Source: Selaginella moellendorffii
Lineage: Eukaryota > Plantae > Lycopodiophyta
Direction of reading: 5' to 3'
DNA: 64,000 bases
Assembly (NCBI RefSeq): GCF_000143415.4
Contig: NW_003314376.1
Span: 280,156 to 344,155, forward strand
In this document: positions 23,886 through 35,244 of the stretch, piece after piece
Numbering within the stretch: the stretch's first letter is position 1
Layout of the letters: each line of letters begins with the position of its first letter
Made by a program: the position numbers and the translations under genes
Notes under the pieces: generated by a model
Database searches by the model: none
Told to the model about the DNA's origin: nothing
The model's input: only the letters and a program-made list of their open reading frames with translations

Positions 23886-25639
23886 AGCTCGAGGATGGAG
23901 AGAAGAGAAGAAGAGGAAGAAGAAGAAGAGAGACGATGGAACGAGTTACTTACGGCAGTGACGACGCCACTCCGGAGCTTCCATCGCCCGAGCAGCGATC
24001 TTCTCCATCTCCCAGGGCTCGAGGATTGGATTCTAGAGATCGAGGCAGCGAAGAACACTAGGGGAGACGAAGACGAAATAGTTTGGAGCTCTCCGAAGAA
24101 CTGGAAGAAGAAGAAGAAAGAACAAGCTGGAATGGAATTAAAAAGAAGAAATGGAGGCTAGCACATGGGGGACCTGGCGAGCTGCTGCTACTGCTGCTGC
24201 TCGCTCGATAGCTCGTGGCGAGTATGATTCGATTCGACAATCAAGGCTCTTACCATTTGGATCGAGGAGATTTTTAACAGTTTGATCTTTGAAGATCCAC
24301 CTAGAACTTAAAACGAGGCGCGACACGTAGAGGCTTCGTTTGAGTTTGTGTGGCCCTGTGGCGAGTTTGTGTTCTTATATATTTTTGCTTCTCTTTTCTC
24401 TAGCATTGGTGCTTATTTTTGCTTTTTCTGTGTTTTTTCTTTTTTTCTCTTTTCTGGCAGAGAAATGCTCGTCGCAGGAGAGACAAGGCAATGTCACAGT
24501 ACAGTTAATTGGATTGATTGTTTCGGCCCCCCTCCAACTTGATTGAAATTGGAGGGGAGAAAGTAAGAAAATTTCCTGAGGTGATAAGTTCATCTTAGAA
24601 CAAAATCCCAGAGATTCGTTCTCGCCAATTTGCTTTAGTCGTCGGTACTAGTCCTGATTCCTCTTGCATAGCTTGCATGACCAAACAGTAGAAACTTTTT
24701 GCCAAATCCAGGTTGTTTGTAAATCCAGTTTGTGGCTTTGGCTGCTTAGCTTTGTTCTTGTGAGTTCTTGTCTCACTCTCTTGTCTTGCAATCAATCAAT
24801 CAATTCCATCCATCAATCCATCGGTTTCAATCAGGATCACCGCCCCAGTGTGAGAAAAAACCCCATGTTTCCATCTGTCTCACAACGAAGCTGGATGGAA
24901 CGAGGAGGACAGGAGCAAAAATCTCGTTTCTAGAAACCATATGAAATTAAATTTGATCTATCCATATGAAGTTCTCCAAAGCTCCTAGAAACCATATGAA
25001 ATAAATTCGATCCAATCGATTAAATCTCTCCAAAGTTCTCCCGAGCCACCCATATTGGAGAGAGTTGCTTTCACAGAAAGAAACAAAGACAGGTCCAGGG
25101 TTCGACTCCTGGGGCCACAAGATTCCACGTCCGACTAAATAATATTCCCTCCCATGTGTCTTTATAACACTTCGCATTCAAACCGCTACATGTGAAGCTC
25201 CAAGCCCTGACTCAAATGTTGGAAGTTTAAATCGACCTTTTTCTTATATTTTTCTTCGTCTCTCTCTTTGATCATCTCTGCCGTGCACGATCCACCAAAC
25301 TATAGAAGGTTTAGAAAAGAACGAACCAACCAACGAAGAGAAATGAAAGAAACAAACCCCGCAACTTTATTCTCGATCGAGCCATTTCCTCAAAAAAGCC
25401 GAAGCTTCTTTCTTTTTTCTACTTCTTCTCGCGATCATTCTTTGGATCTCTCGGCTTTTGAGCTCTACACTGTCTGCCGTGCACGATTGTTAGAAAGCGA
25501 TTGCAAAGAATCTCTTTTTTTTTTCTTGCTTTCGATCAAGGAAGAGAAGAGAAGTAACCGAAGAGAACCTGGCTGTTAAAATCTTTAGTAGACGTCGCGT
25601 CGCGGGCGAGTGAGTTATTTAGTCGAGTGCGTCGTCTCG

Positions 25640-27232
25640 TCACCCGCTGGCCGTGGCTTCTTTCAAGCTCCTCACAAAATCTGCTAGCTCTACGATTGTG
25701 ATTTCGTCGCCATCGCGGGTTGCAACGAGTACGGTGTTCGCAATCCCCACAAAAAGACCTGCATGGAAAAAGAAAGACAAAACGGTGAAAAGAAAGTTCT
25801 CTCGAGAGATTTGGATCACAGATCTTACCGCTTTCCACCACGCCAGGAATCATGTTGATTGAGCGTTCCATCTCTGCGGGATTTTTTACTCCATCGGGGA
25901 ACCTGTGAGTTTTTCAGGTTGAGTTTTTGGCACCAATGCCGTTGGAAGTTAACTTAAAAGTTTTCCACACCTGACGTCGACCACCATGTTTCCAAGATCC
26001 GTGATAACGGGTCCATCTTTTCTCAGAGCGTTGCGAATCTCAGGAACTGTTCATAGCAGCAAATTGCAATACGGAACAAAAAGAGAGACAGAGAAAAAGA
26101 ACTTACCTCCACCAAGCCCAACTAAGGCTCGAAGAACTGGTGAAATGGCAAACGGAAGAACCTCCACCTGGATATATTCGATCAAATCAAACACGATCTA
26201 TAGAGTAAAAAAGTTAGAGAAAGTTTCTTACAGGAACAGGAAATGTCAATCCAAGCTTTGAGACGACTTTGGACTGATCGACCAGAATTATGCATTGTTT
26301 AGCCATGGCATCGACAACCTGTGCCACAAACGAGAAACTCGTGACCAGATAAAGAAAAGTTAAAGACCAAAGAAAAGAGAAGTCACCTTCTCCATTGTAT
26401 GAGCAGCACCACCTCCCTAAAATTCGTGTTCTACGGGTGAGCCAAGCCAGGCGAGCAAAGATTTTCAGAGCTACCTTGATCAAGTTCATGGAGGCATCCA
26501 CTTCGTCGGCTCCGTCGAAGGCAAAATCGATCACATTCACGTCATTCAAATCAACCTGATACAGTGGATGATTTACGAGTGCCACGAAAGAAGAAAAGAA
26601 AAAGTTCTCTACTTTCTCGGACTCACAGTTTTCACGCCATACTGACGAGCAAGGATCCTGGATTGATAGCTCGAGGCCACACCCACGACGTCCTTTAACT
26701 GTTCTTACCACAAACAAACGACGAAAAAATCTCACTAAGCCCCGAGAAAGCATGCAAAGAAAAAAACTTCCAAACCTTTCCTTGCGAGACGAGCTTCCCG
26801 AGCTCTTGAATCGCCATGGAAGAAGTGCTGCCAGTGCCAAGCCCCACAATCATCCCAGGCTTGACGAGCTCCACAGCCCGCTTGGCCACGGCACGCTTGA
26901 GCGAGTCCTGCAGCGTGGGATCGATCGCTGCACAGCGCAACACGAATCCGGCAATGCCATTGCCGATCACTTAAACCCTAAACCCTGGAACTCGCATCGC
27001 CACTACCTGGAGCAGCAGCGGCGGCGGTGGTGACCGCGCGCACGACCTCGAGTCGATTCCCCCCGCGCAGCGTGCTCGCCATGAAATCTGCCCGAAATAC
27101 GAGAGAGGAGAAGGAGGAGGAACCCTTGAAATTCAAATGCCGCGGCAAATCGCCCCCGGGGCTGCCAAATCTGGCGGCGCCGCTAGTAGAGATAGCGGCG
27201 GCGGCGTTGCCATGGATCGCCGTAGCTGCCAT
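25640..27232 (-). CDS. RPI: Ribose-5-phosphate isomerase A with plastid transit peptide (10 exons)
   Basis: Ala/Ser-rich N-terminus; GLGTGST, DGADEVD, KGGGAAHTMEK, PVEVLP, GPVITDLGN, PGVVESGLF. Confidence 0.93.
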
Positions 27233-29506
27233 CGCCGCGAAAAAGAGGAAGTGGGCATGGAGGAGGAAGCATTTGAATGTGGCCACGGCAGCGCTGGTCC
27301 ATTCGATGTGGTGTCGCGGTGGACGGCCACGATGGCCTATGATTTCTATAGCATGCGGACAAAGATCCTTGTTCTATCGTGGAAACACTACACATTTTCT
27401 TCTACAGTACTTAGAAAAACTTTCAAGGCTTTCCAGAGCCAAAAACTCGATTTTTTCGATTGAATCAAAGAGGACTTTCGATTTATCTCTGTTTAACATG
27501 ATGATCTACGAAGTTCTTGAGTTTTTTCAGCCCAGAACGTAGATTTGCGTGAGCTCTACTTCACAAAAGCTCTCCATGTTACATAGTTTTACAGATTTGC
27601 GTGAGCTCTACTCACGAAAACTTCACAAAAGCCTGCTTTTTGATCGATCAAACTGTGCCACTGCGAGCTCAGTAGAAAAAAAAAAGAGAACTAATACCAG
27701 CAGCGTCGTCATCATTCGTAGCCAGCGTCATGCTTCATGATTTCTCTCCGAGTCTCTCGCCCTCTAGAAAAGAAAAGAAGTCTCCACAAACCTCACTGTA
27801 CGCGGTACTAGCGCCTCGCAGAGGGATCTCTCCTTTCTCTTCCAAAACGGTGCGCACTAAAAGCATCAGTGCCACCAGCAAGTGTCCTGGATCCCAACTT
27901 AAGAACGTCTGGCCTTCCCAAAGACCACGAAAAAAGTTAGAAACACGACGAGAAGTTTTCGTCCGAGAATACAAGGAGAGTGTAAACGCAAACTTAGATA
28001 CCTGATGATTTGGAGACGCGAGCACTGATTACTGTACGCTCCATCGCTCAGACCGGGCTCCAGTCTTTGTTCCGGCAGACGGTGCCTGCGAAAATCCATC
28101 CTTTTGGCGGAGCGAGCACGGGAAAGGAAAGCAAAGCCATATATCTATCAGTCTACACAAGTTAACCATCGCGCAGCCCACTCCAAGCGTGAAAACGACA
28201 TACGAATCGAGCGAGCAGCTTTTGTTAGTCTAGTAACTAGTGCAAGCGAGAAAATACCTACAAGTACACGTATAGTTGTAGTGGCGATGTCGAATTCTAC
28301 CTGGCCAAGGTGACACCTACGGCGACGGGGAATTGCCAAAAACAAAGTGAGCGAACCGAAAACCAAGAGCAAAGAACGACAAAACCAAACTTCTCTCTCG
28401 TCGGTGATCGTCAGAAGATCTCGAGAGCTTTTGCGAGTTCCTTGCTCCAAGTTGAATCGCGGGACTTGGAAGCTTTGCTCTCGCTGGCTGCAATCACAGC
28501 AAGACCACAAGTGGGATTAGTATGACGATTCAATGATCACGAGCTAAAGATGCACACAAAAAAATGGAGTAGAGATCACGGCTATAGCGTCGAAATGATT
28601 CACAAGCTTCTGAATCCGGCCATTGTTTCCCACAGCTTTCTTGAACTTCGTACTCTTACTGGTGAGTTTCTTTCAAGGGGAGACCAAGGACGAGACGAGG
28701 AGATGAGAAATACCACAACGTTTTCTGATCCTCCTGCCTTGGAAGAGCACCAGGTTCAAGAAAGCCGTGGAAAAGCATGAGAGGATTCTTTGAAATGAGT
28801 AAACTTGGCAGTGATTCTTCGGTTCTCTCCTAGATATCTAGAGTAGTCGGACTTGCTCGAGAGCCGTGACATCTCACAAACTTTAAATTGTTCGCGACAA
28901 AGCGAAGATCACGAGCTGCGAGCTCTTGGGTCTCACACACTCCTTCCTGACGAAAAGAGAGAGCGTGTAGGAAACTCGAATCACTAGGACGAACGAAGAG
29001 GATGATGCAATGCAAGCTCACACCAAAATCGCAAGCACGAGAACGGACGAGAACCACGCAAGAGGAATGAAACGGAAGTGACAATCGTCAAAGAAACGAG
29101 AACGAGCAGCGCACGTTTAAATAGCTGCTGCGACTCACACCACTGCAGCTTTGCTAGAGACAGGGCTAGCTCTTCCTTGGCAGTCCACAGGAGAGAAAAA
29201 AAATAAAGGAGAGAAAATCAAAGAGAGGCGGATTTGAATCAGCCCCTGGCTGGACCGGCTCTGGGATTAGAAGAATTGGGTGTGAATTTGGGATTTCCTC
29301 CTCCCTGGCCATGGATTTGCGACAAGCACACAGAGATCAAGGAGAAAAAGCAGTTGTAGCCTCTCCTGGGAGGCCTGGAGCTCCCTCTCTCTCGCCTATA
29401 CATCTTAGCTCCTGCCCAGCACGCACACACACGCGCATACTACTACGACATGGAAATCAATGAATGCGCTCCCTGGAAATCTGTCCCCCGCAGCAAGCAC
29501 AGCCAG

Positions 29507-29585
29507 CGAGAGAAAGGGGAGAGAGAGAGAGAGGGAGAGAGAGAGAGAGAGAGGAGAGAAAAGAGAGAGAGAGGAGAAAGAGGGA
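29507..29585. repeat. Imperfect (GA)n microsatellite
   Basis: Purine-only GA run. Confidence 0.9.
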
Positions 29586-31650
29586 ATTTTCCCCTCTCGC
29601 CGAGGAAATCCCTGCCCTGGCGCTGGCGCTGGCGCTGCCTCGCCATGGCGCACGCATGCACGCACAATCCGCACGCCCGCACGCCGGTCACGACCATAGC
29701 CAAGCCAAGAACCCTAAAAAATCCCTCCCAGCGTAGAACTCCCATCGTTTTTGTATATATACCCCGCCAAAGCCGTATGTACGCCGGCCAGTTGGGGGTT
29801 CGATTCCCGTCCGCAACCGCCAGCGAGCGAGCGTACATACTCTCTAGCGTATGTACGGACACGCGTGCTCTGCTCGTAGGCTGGTATTGGGATTTGAGAC
29901 GTAATGTGTACGTCCTGCATACATTCAATCAAGTATGTATCTTAGTACCATAACTTGTATGTGTACATGTATGTATGCATGTATACTGACAGAGCTATGC
30001 TACAAGCACCGCGTTATCTTTGCTTTCTTTGCAGTATTTTTTTTTTTTTCGTGGGCGTTGGTTTACGCTCACACGCCGATGTCGTTACCGGGATTCGGGA
30101 CCAAAGCTCAGTAAGCAATGCAAAGCAAAGAAAATTCAAAGAAAAAAGCGCGAGGCGAGCGGGCGTTTCTATGTTTGACTTTGGCGAGCTCAAAGTTTCA
30201 AGCTGGCTGGCGAAAACCAAAATCTATACAAAAAAGAAGCGAGTGTTAAATGAAGCTCGGAGCGCGGGCGAACGAGAATGGAAGTTCTCTTACCTTGCGC
30301 AGTGACTCGTGAGTGAGTGATAGCTTGAAAAACGTATAAACAATGCTGTCTGTGATGTTTGAACGAACTTGGCAGCACCGCTGGCCGTGTCTGTCTGTGC
30401 CTTGCCTGCCTGATTGATCGATTTGTTGCGAGATATAACTTAAAAAGCTGTTCTTCTCTGAGTCCGTGCAGTGCGACGCAAGCAGCGGTGAATACGCGAC
30501 GGCTTCGCATAGCTTCTTTCAAAAAAGAAAAGAAAGAGAGCAAATAAAAAACGGCTTTTCACCTTGATTGTCTCCCCCGCCTCTCAATCCATGCTCCAAC
30601 AGCTCGACAGTGATTGCACAGCCAGCGAGCGCGGCGGGGATGCTGCTTCTGCCAAAAACCAAAGAGAAGATCAACGAGCAAGTCATTTAGAGAACCACTG
30701 ATTACCTGGACAGCGATCGCCCACCAGGAGACCTGCTTTTAAATGATTAGACTGAAAGCTCTTGACAAAGAAGTAAGAGAAATCAATCAGTCAATCCATC
30801 CAGGAGCCAGAATTTTTCATCTGATCACTACTTAGCCGTAGGAGCTAGCTCCAAAAGCCGAAGGCCTTAAAGGTAAGCTGTAGTTAGGTGCCATAGCTCA
30901 AGCCAAGCCTGTTTGGTATGCTTGCACTGTACCTGGGAAGGAGGACGACGCTGTACATGGTACTGCCTACCTACGAAGCCATGTGAGTGGCATATACGCG
31001 TGGCCCCTGCCTGAGAAAGAAGTAACCATCAGTCTATCTCCTAGTTTGTATATAGTTGCTACATGCTATACCTCTATAGAGATGGAAGCTTTCCACCCAC
31101 CTTTCATTTGTTTGCAAGGCGTTGGACACACCTACTTGTAAATTACTGCCTTTGCGTGCCAGGAAAGGAGACTCTTCAGGAAACCAGAGGAAGGAGGAGT
31201 TCCTCCTGGACAACCAAAGAAAACAATGAAAAAGTTAGCAAGGGCTTAACAAACTCAAAGAGCAATGCAAGGCTTCCTTTACCTCGGCAAGTGGTTGAAA
31301 GAAGCATCCGGCGACCAGGTCCAATCCAAGCCGCGGGCCCTATAGTAAGCTGTTAAAAGCCTTTTCAGTGCTCTTAATCGCTCCACCACCATGGCGTCGT
31401 CGTTTTCAGTGAAGCTGCACAGAGGAAGTAACCACCGATACAGACACCTGGGCTGAAATTTCTCTCTTTTCTCTGCTTCTTTCTTCTCGGAAACGTTTCC
31501 CGTCAGTGATCTCTCTCGCGAGAGCCATGCTTGCTGTGTCCTGGGAAGCTTTGCAAATGCACGTAGTCACACACAACTGTTTAGTCATTCAAGTATAGAC
31601 AGGAGCCACACTTACTGTACAAAACTGAAGCGGGGTCGTAATCCCTGTAA

Positions 31651-32980
31651 CTATGGTAGCATGGGACTACCCGCCTCGCCTAGCTTATAATCAGCCCTCT
31701 TTTCGTCTGGAACAAAAGTCACCGGCACATATTGCTTCTCATTTATTGTGAGACTTAGCACCTCTGGCCGCGAGTAATGACCCACCACATCAAACTCAAA
31801 CTTGGTCCTGATGATCTCTCCCACGTCTGCTTGAAAGTTGATCGCGGTCATTAGTTCCGCATTCAAGCACGCAAGGAAGTGGTGACAACGTACCTAAATC
31901 GGCTGATAAAACGGCTTCGCCTTCGTAGTGTGGTCCCGCAAGAATGTCGCCGGACGGGGATATGATTGCACTACCACCAGCGCAGACCACCTCGTCTGGA
32001 GATGCCTCTTCAGCGAATCCCGCGAATGTGTAGTCTGGGCTTGGAGGATAATCCCTTCTCCGGCAAAACTGGTTGCAGGACAAAACGAAGCATCCGCCCT
32101 CGACAGCAATGTGCCGGATTGTAGCCTGCCAGGCTTCTCTCGAATCAGCTGTTGGTGCACAGTAAAACTCCACACCTGTACACAAAGACCGGTTAGAGCA
32201 CACTAAGACAATCGGACTTCCGTTACCTTTAGCATATAATGCTGTTCGCAAAAGAGGCATGCGGTTTTCCCAGCAAACAAGGCCGCCGACACGGCCAAGC
32301 TCGGTTTTGTAAACAGGCAAAGTGGAGCCGTCACCATAGCCAAAGATCAGCCTCTCGGCAGCGGTAGGAACGCACTTACGATGCTTGCCAAGGAAAACAC
32401 CCTGTGAGTCGAAAAATAAAATGCTGCAGTATAGTGTACCACCCGAGCGCTCGATCACGCCCATGACTAAGTTCACTCTAAACTTGGCAGCAGCAGCCGC
32501 GAGAAGATCAACCTCCGGACCTGCGAGAAAAATGATAAGATCCTTTTCCAGAACTTTGGAAGAAAAGAGCCTCTTCTTAGGAGATCTAGTATTGTTTCTC
32601 ACCTGGGACATCGATAGCACACGAGTGATATCGACGAAACTCTTCACGGCCTTGCGAAGATCGATATCCAACAGCAGTGCCAAACGTGGATCCTCGAGGA
32701 TAGCCTCCCACAAACGCCTCTGGAAAGACTACCAGCTGCGATCCCAGCGTCGCGGCGGCGGCGATCAGCTTCTCGGCCTTGGCTGCCACAACATTTCATC
32801 CATTTCATGCGAAATATTCCCAAACCAAAGCGATCGACCAGAAACCTCACCGATCGTTGCAGGAGTGTCGCCGTAAATCGTCGACGCTTGCACGACGCTA
32901 GCGCGCACCCAGTTCGATGCGGGAAATGCCGCCATATCCACCTCCGGCAGCGACGCTGGCACGAGCGCGATCTCCTCCAT
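31651..32980 (-). CDS. NIT4: Nitrilase, NIT4-like (5 exons)
   Basis: PEVDM, VVQAST, catalytic triad VFPEAF / KHRK / CWENRMP, and [13 protein letters not shown]. Confidence 0.92.
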
Positions 32981-33244
32981 CGCTAGAACCCTAAAAATTC
33001 TTTACTAAACCCCTAGAACCCTAACATCTCAATGGTAAAAAGTAACGATTAAAAGGTGACAAGGGCCCGTTAAAATCGCGACGCGAAAACAGAATGTTTG
33101 AGTGACAATGCCAACTCAAGATAGAAACTGGTACTTAGTCAATGAATCACTGTTTGAAAAACCACCCAGTTCTCTCCAAGAGCCCTAAATTTCCATTTCC
33201 ATTCTTCCCTCTCGATCGACATCACGATTGCGCGATTGCGATCC

Positions 33245-34270
33245 ATGGGGCGGTCCAAGATCCCCATCACTTGGATCAAGAACGATGCCTCGCGCCAGGT
33301 TACATTCAACAAGCGCAAGAAAGGGATGAAGAAGAAGGCCGAGGAGCTCGCGATTCTCTGCGGTGTGGATGTCTGCATGATCTGCTATGGCCCCGCGAGC
33401 TCCTCGGCCGGATCATCCAGCAAGCAGCCCAATTCCACGCCGGGATCGATCGGCAGCAGCAATCAGCAGCCACAATCCTCCGCGGGATCGTCGTCTTCGT
33501 CTTCCTCCTCGCCGCCTAGCGCGAATCCATCGCTGGCGGCGGTGCCATTCAGCTGGGGCATGCCGGGGGTGTCGTCGGTGATCAGCAAATTCGAGGGGCT
33601 GCCCAAGGAGGAGCGCGACAAGAAGAAGCTGGACAACACGAGCTTGCTGGAGCAGCAGATCAAGAAGCTCCGCCGGGAGCTCAAGGCGAAGCTGGATCAA
33701 AACTGGAAGCTGGAGCAAGAGAGGGCCTACAACCTTGCATGGGACGATCGCATCGATGGCTACGACCTGGAGGAGCTCAAGCGCCTGGCGGATTGCCTGC
33801 TCGACAAGCTCCGGGGTACGTTCGATCGAATCAGCTGCTTCGAGCAGCAGCAAGACCATCTCGTGATTCCATCCCCATCGATCGATCCCAGCAGCGTTTT
33901 GGCGGAGGAGCTCCCCACCCCCAAATCATTCCTCCCTTTTCTCAATCCCGGCTTTGATTTGCCACCACCACCCATGAATCCCACAAGTCCTCACATCCAC
34001 AACCAGGACGATCACATCTATCTCCCTTCCACCACCACTGTTCCGGTGCTAGGATCATTCATCGATCACACAGCTCCATACCACCCTTCGCTGTTTCCAC
34101 CGCTTGGAATCGACATAAACATGATCCCACAGCCCAACAATCCATTGCTACCATGGCACGACCAAAGTATCATCGAGGACAGTAATTCATCGTATCCGTA
34201 TTATAACGCTGGAGACCACGGCGATTGGAATCATCCACACGATGGTGGAGAGCTGGATGAAGTACCATAG
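33245..34270 (+). CDS. Type I MADS-box transcription factor (intronless, M-beta/M-gamma-like)
   Basis: [50 protein letters not shown]; downstream W...VISKF..LP..ER.KK helix; Pro-rich tail; no K-box exons. Confidence 0.92.
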   Translation: MGRSKIPITWIKNDASRQVTFNKRKKGMKKKAEELAILCGVDVCMICYGPASSSAGSSSKQPNSTPGSIGSSNQQPQSSAGSSSSSSSSPPSANPSLAAVPFSWGMPGVSSVISKFEGLPKEERDKKKLDNTSLLEQQIKKLRRELKAKLDQNWKLEQERAYNLAWDDRIDGYDLEELKRLADCLLDKLRGTFDRISCFEQQQDHLVIPSPSIDPSSVLAEELPTPKSFLPFLNPGFDLPPPPMNPTSPHIHNQDDHIYLPSTTTVPVLGSFIDHTAPYHPSLFPPLGIDINMIPQPNNPLLPWHDQSIIEDSNSSYPYYNAGDHGDWNHPHDGGELDEVP

Positions 34271-34386
34271 CCAAAGTTCAATGGTGGCGGGGAGCAACCA
34301 TAGCACACCCTTGAGCATCCTTTTTTACCCTTGTTCGTTCCAGTGTTCTTCCCCAAAAAGATTGTGAGCAGGCATTTGCTATAGTG

Positions 34387-34977
34387 TCAATGTAAACTAT
34401 CTTGCTTATTATTCACACAAACAAAGCCGGGCGATGGCCTTTGATCAGCCAAGCTTCCGGATCGCAGCGGCGATGGAGCTCTCCCAGGCTCGGGATCCAG
34501 ATTGAGATCAAAGGGTAAAGGCGATCGCTTTGGCTCCTGTTTCACCCTTGGCTTGGAGAAAGGCCGGAACTTCGTCTTGCAGAACTTGCAGAAGTAGCAC
34601 GGCTGGTTTGCGCTGCCATTGTTGTTGTAATCGAACCTTGTGTCGGAGGACTGGCACCTTGGGCAATCGAAGTGGATGTGCGCCTCGTTCTTCTGCGCCG
34701 GGAAATCCTTCTTCCGGTTTAGCCGCCCACCGATCGTCCACTGCTTCTTGCAACTCCGGCAGCGGTATCTGGGCTGGAACCCCTTCCCCCTTTGCTTGTT
34801 GTTGAAGTACTCGAACTGTGTGTCGTGAGAGAGGCAATAAGGGCATTGGAAGGCCATCTTGGCGAGGCGCTCCTTGACGATCTGGTGTGTCGCGCTCTCA
34901 CCGAGTTCCTCCAGGAGTCCGTCCAGGCAGGATCGCTGGTTGCCGATGACTCGCTCTCGATCGTCATCGTCGGCCAT
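34387..34977 (-). CDS. Divergent tandem Dof-like zinc-finger protein with EAR-like motif
   Basis: CPYC-X24-CRSC...WTIGG and CPRC-X21-CKFC, both with T.F.Y.NN...QP; C-terminal DLNLDP; an upstream in-frame ATG exists at 35031. Confidence 0.82.
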   Translation of the reverse strand: MADDDDRERVIGNQRSCLDGLLEELGESATHQIVKERLAKMAFQCPYCLSHDTQFEYFNNKQRGKGFQPRYRCRSCKKQWTIGGRLNRKKDFPAQKNEAHIHFDCPRCQSSDTRFDYNNNGSANQPCYFCKFCKTKFRPFSKPRVKQEPKRSPLPFDLNLDPEPGRAPSPLRSGSLADQRPSPGFVCVNNKQDSLH

Positions 34978-35244
34978 GAAGAAGAAACACAGCACCCAAG
35001 CGAAAAATACCCTAAAATCCAACTTTTCCATGACGCATAGAAAGACCTAATTAAACTTGGGGATCCCTCTAATATTAATAGTCGCCAAAGATAAAAAGGA
35101 GGCGGAGAAAAAAAAAGGTTAAGGAAAGGAAAAAGAATTGGGGCATAGGCATCTTTGGTCTAAATCTTTTAAGAAAGGTACTACTAACCTTTTTCTAAAA
35201 AATGCACCATATTAATTTAAAAATCTTTTTCCAATTATGTCAAG

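Noticed and set aside
25060-25120. T-arm-like CCAGGGTTCGACTCCTGG with an upstream TTCA (tRNA or tRNA-Sec?)
   Set aside because: No acceptor, D or anticodon stems can be built
28945-28970. CTGACGAAAAGAGAGAGCG resembling miR156/529
   Set aside because: Several mismatches and no complementary star arm found nearby
29780-29830. GGTTCGATTCCC B-box-like motif
   Set aside because: No cloverleaf or A-box; probably chance
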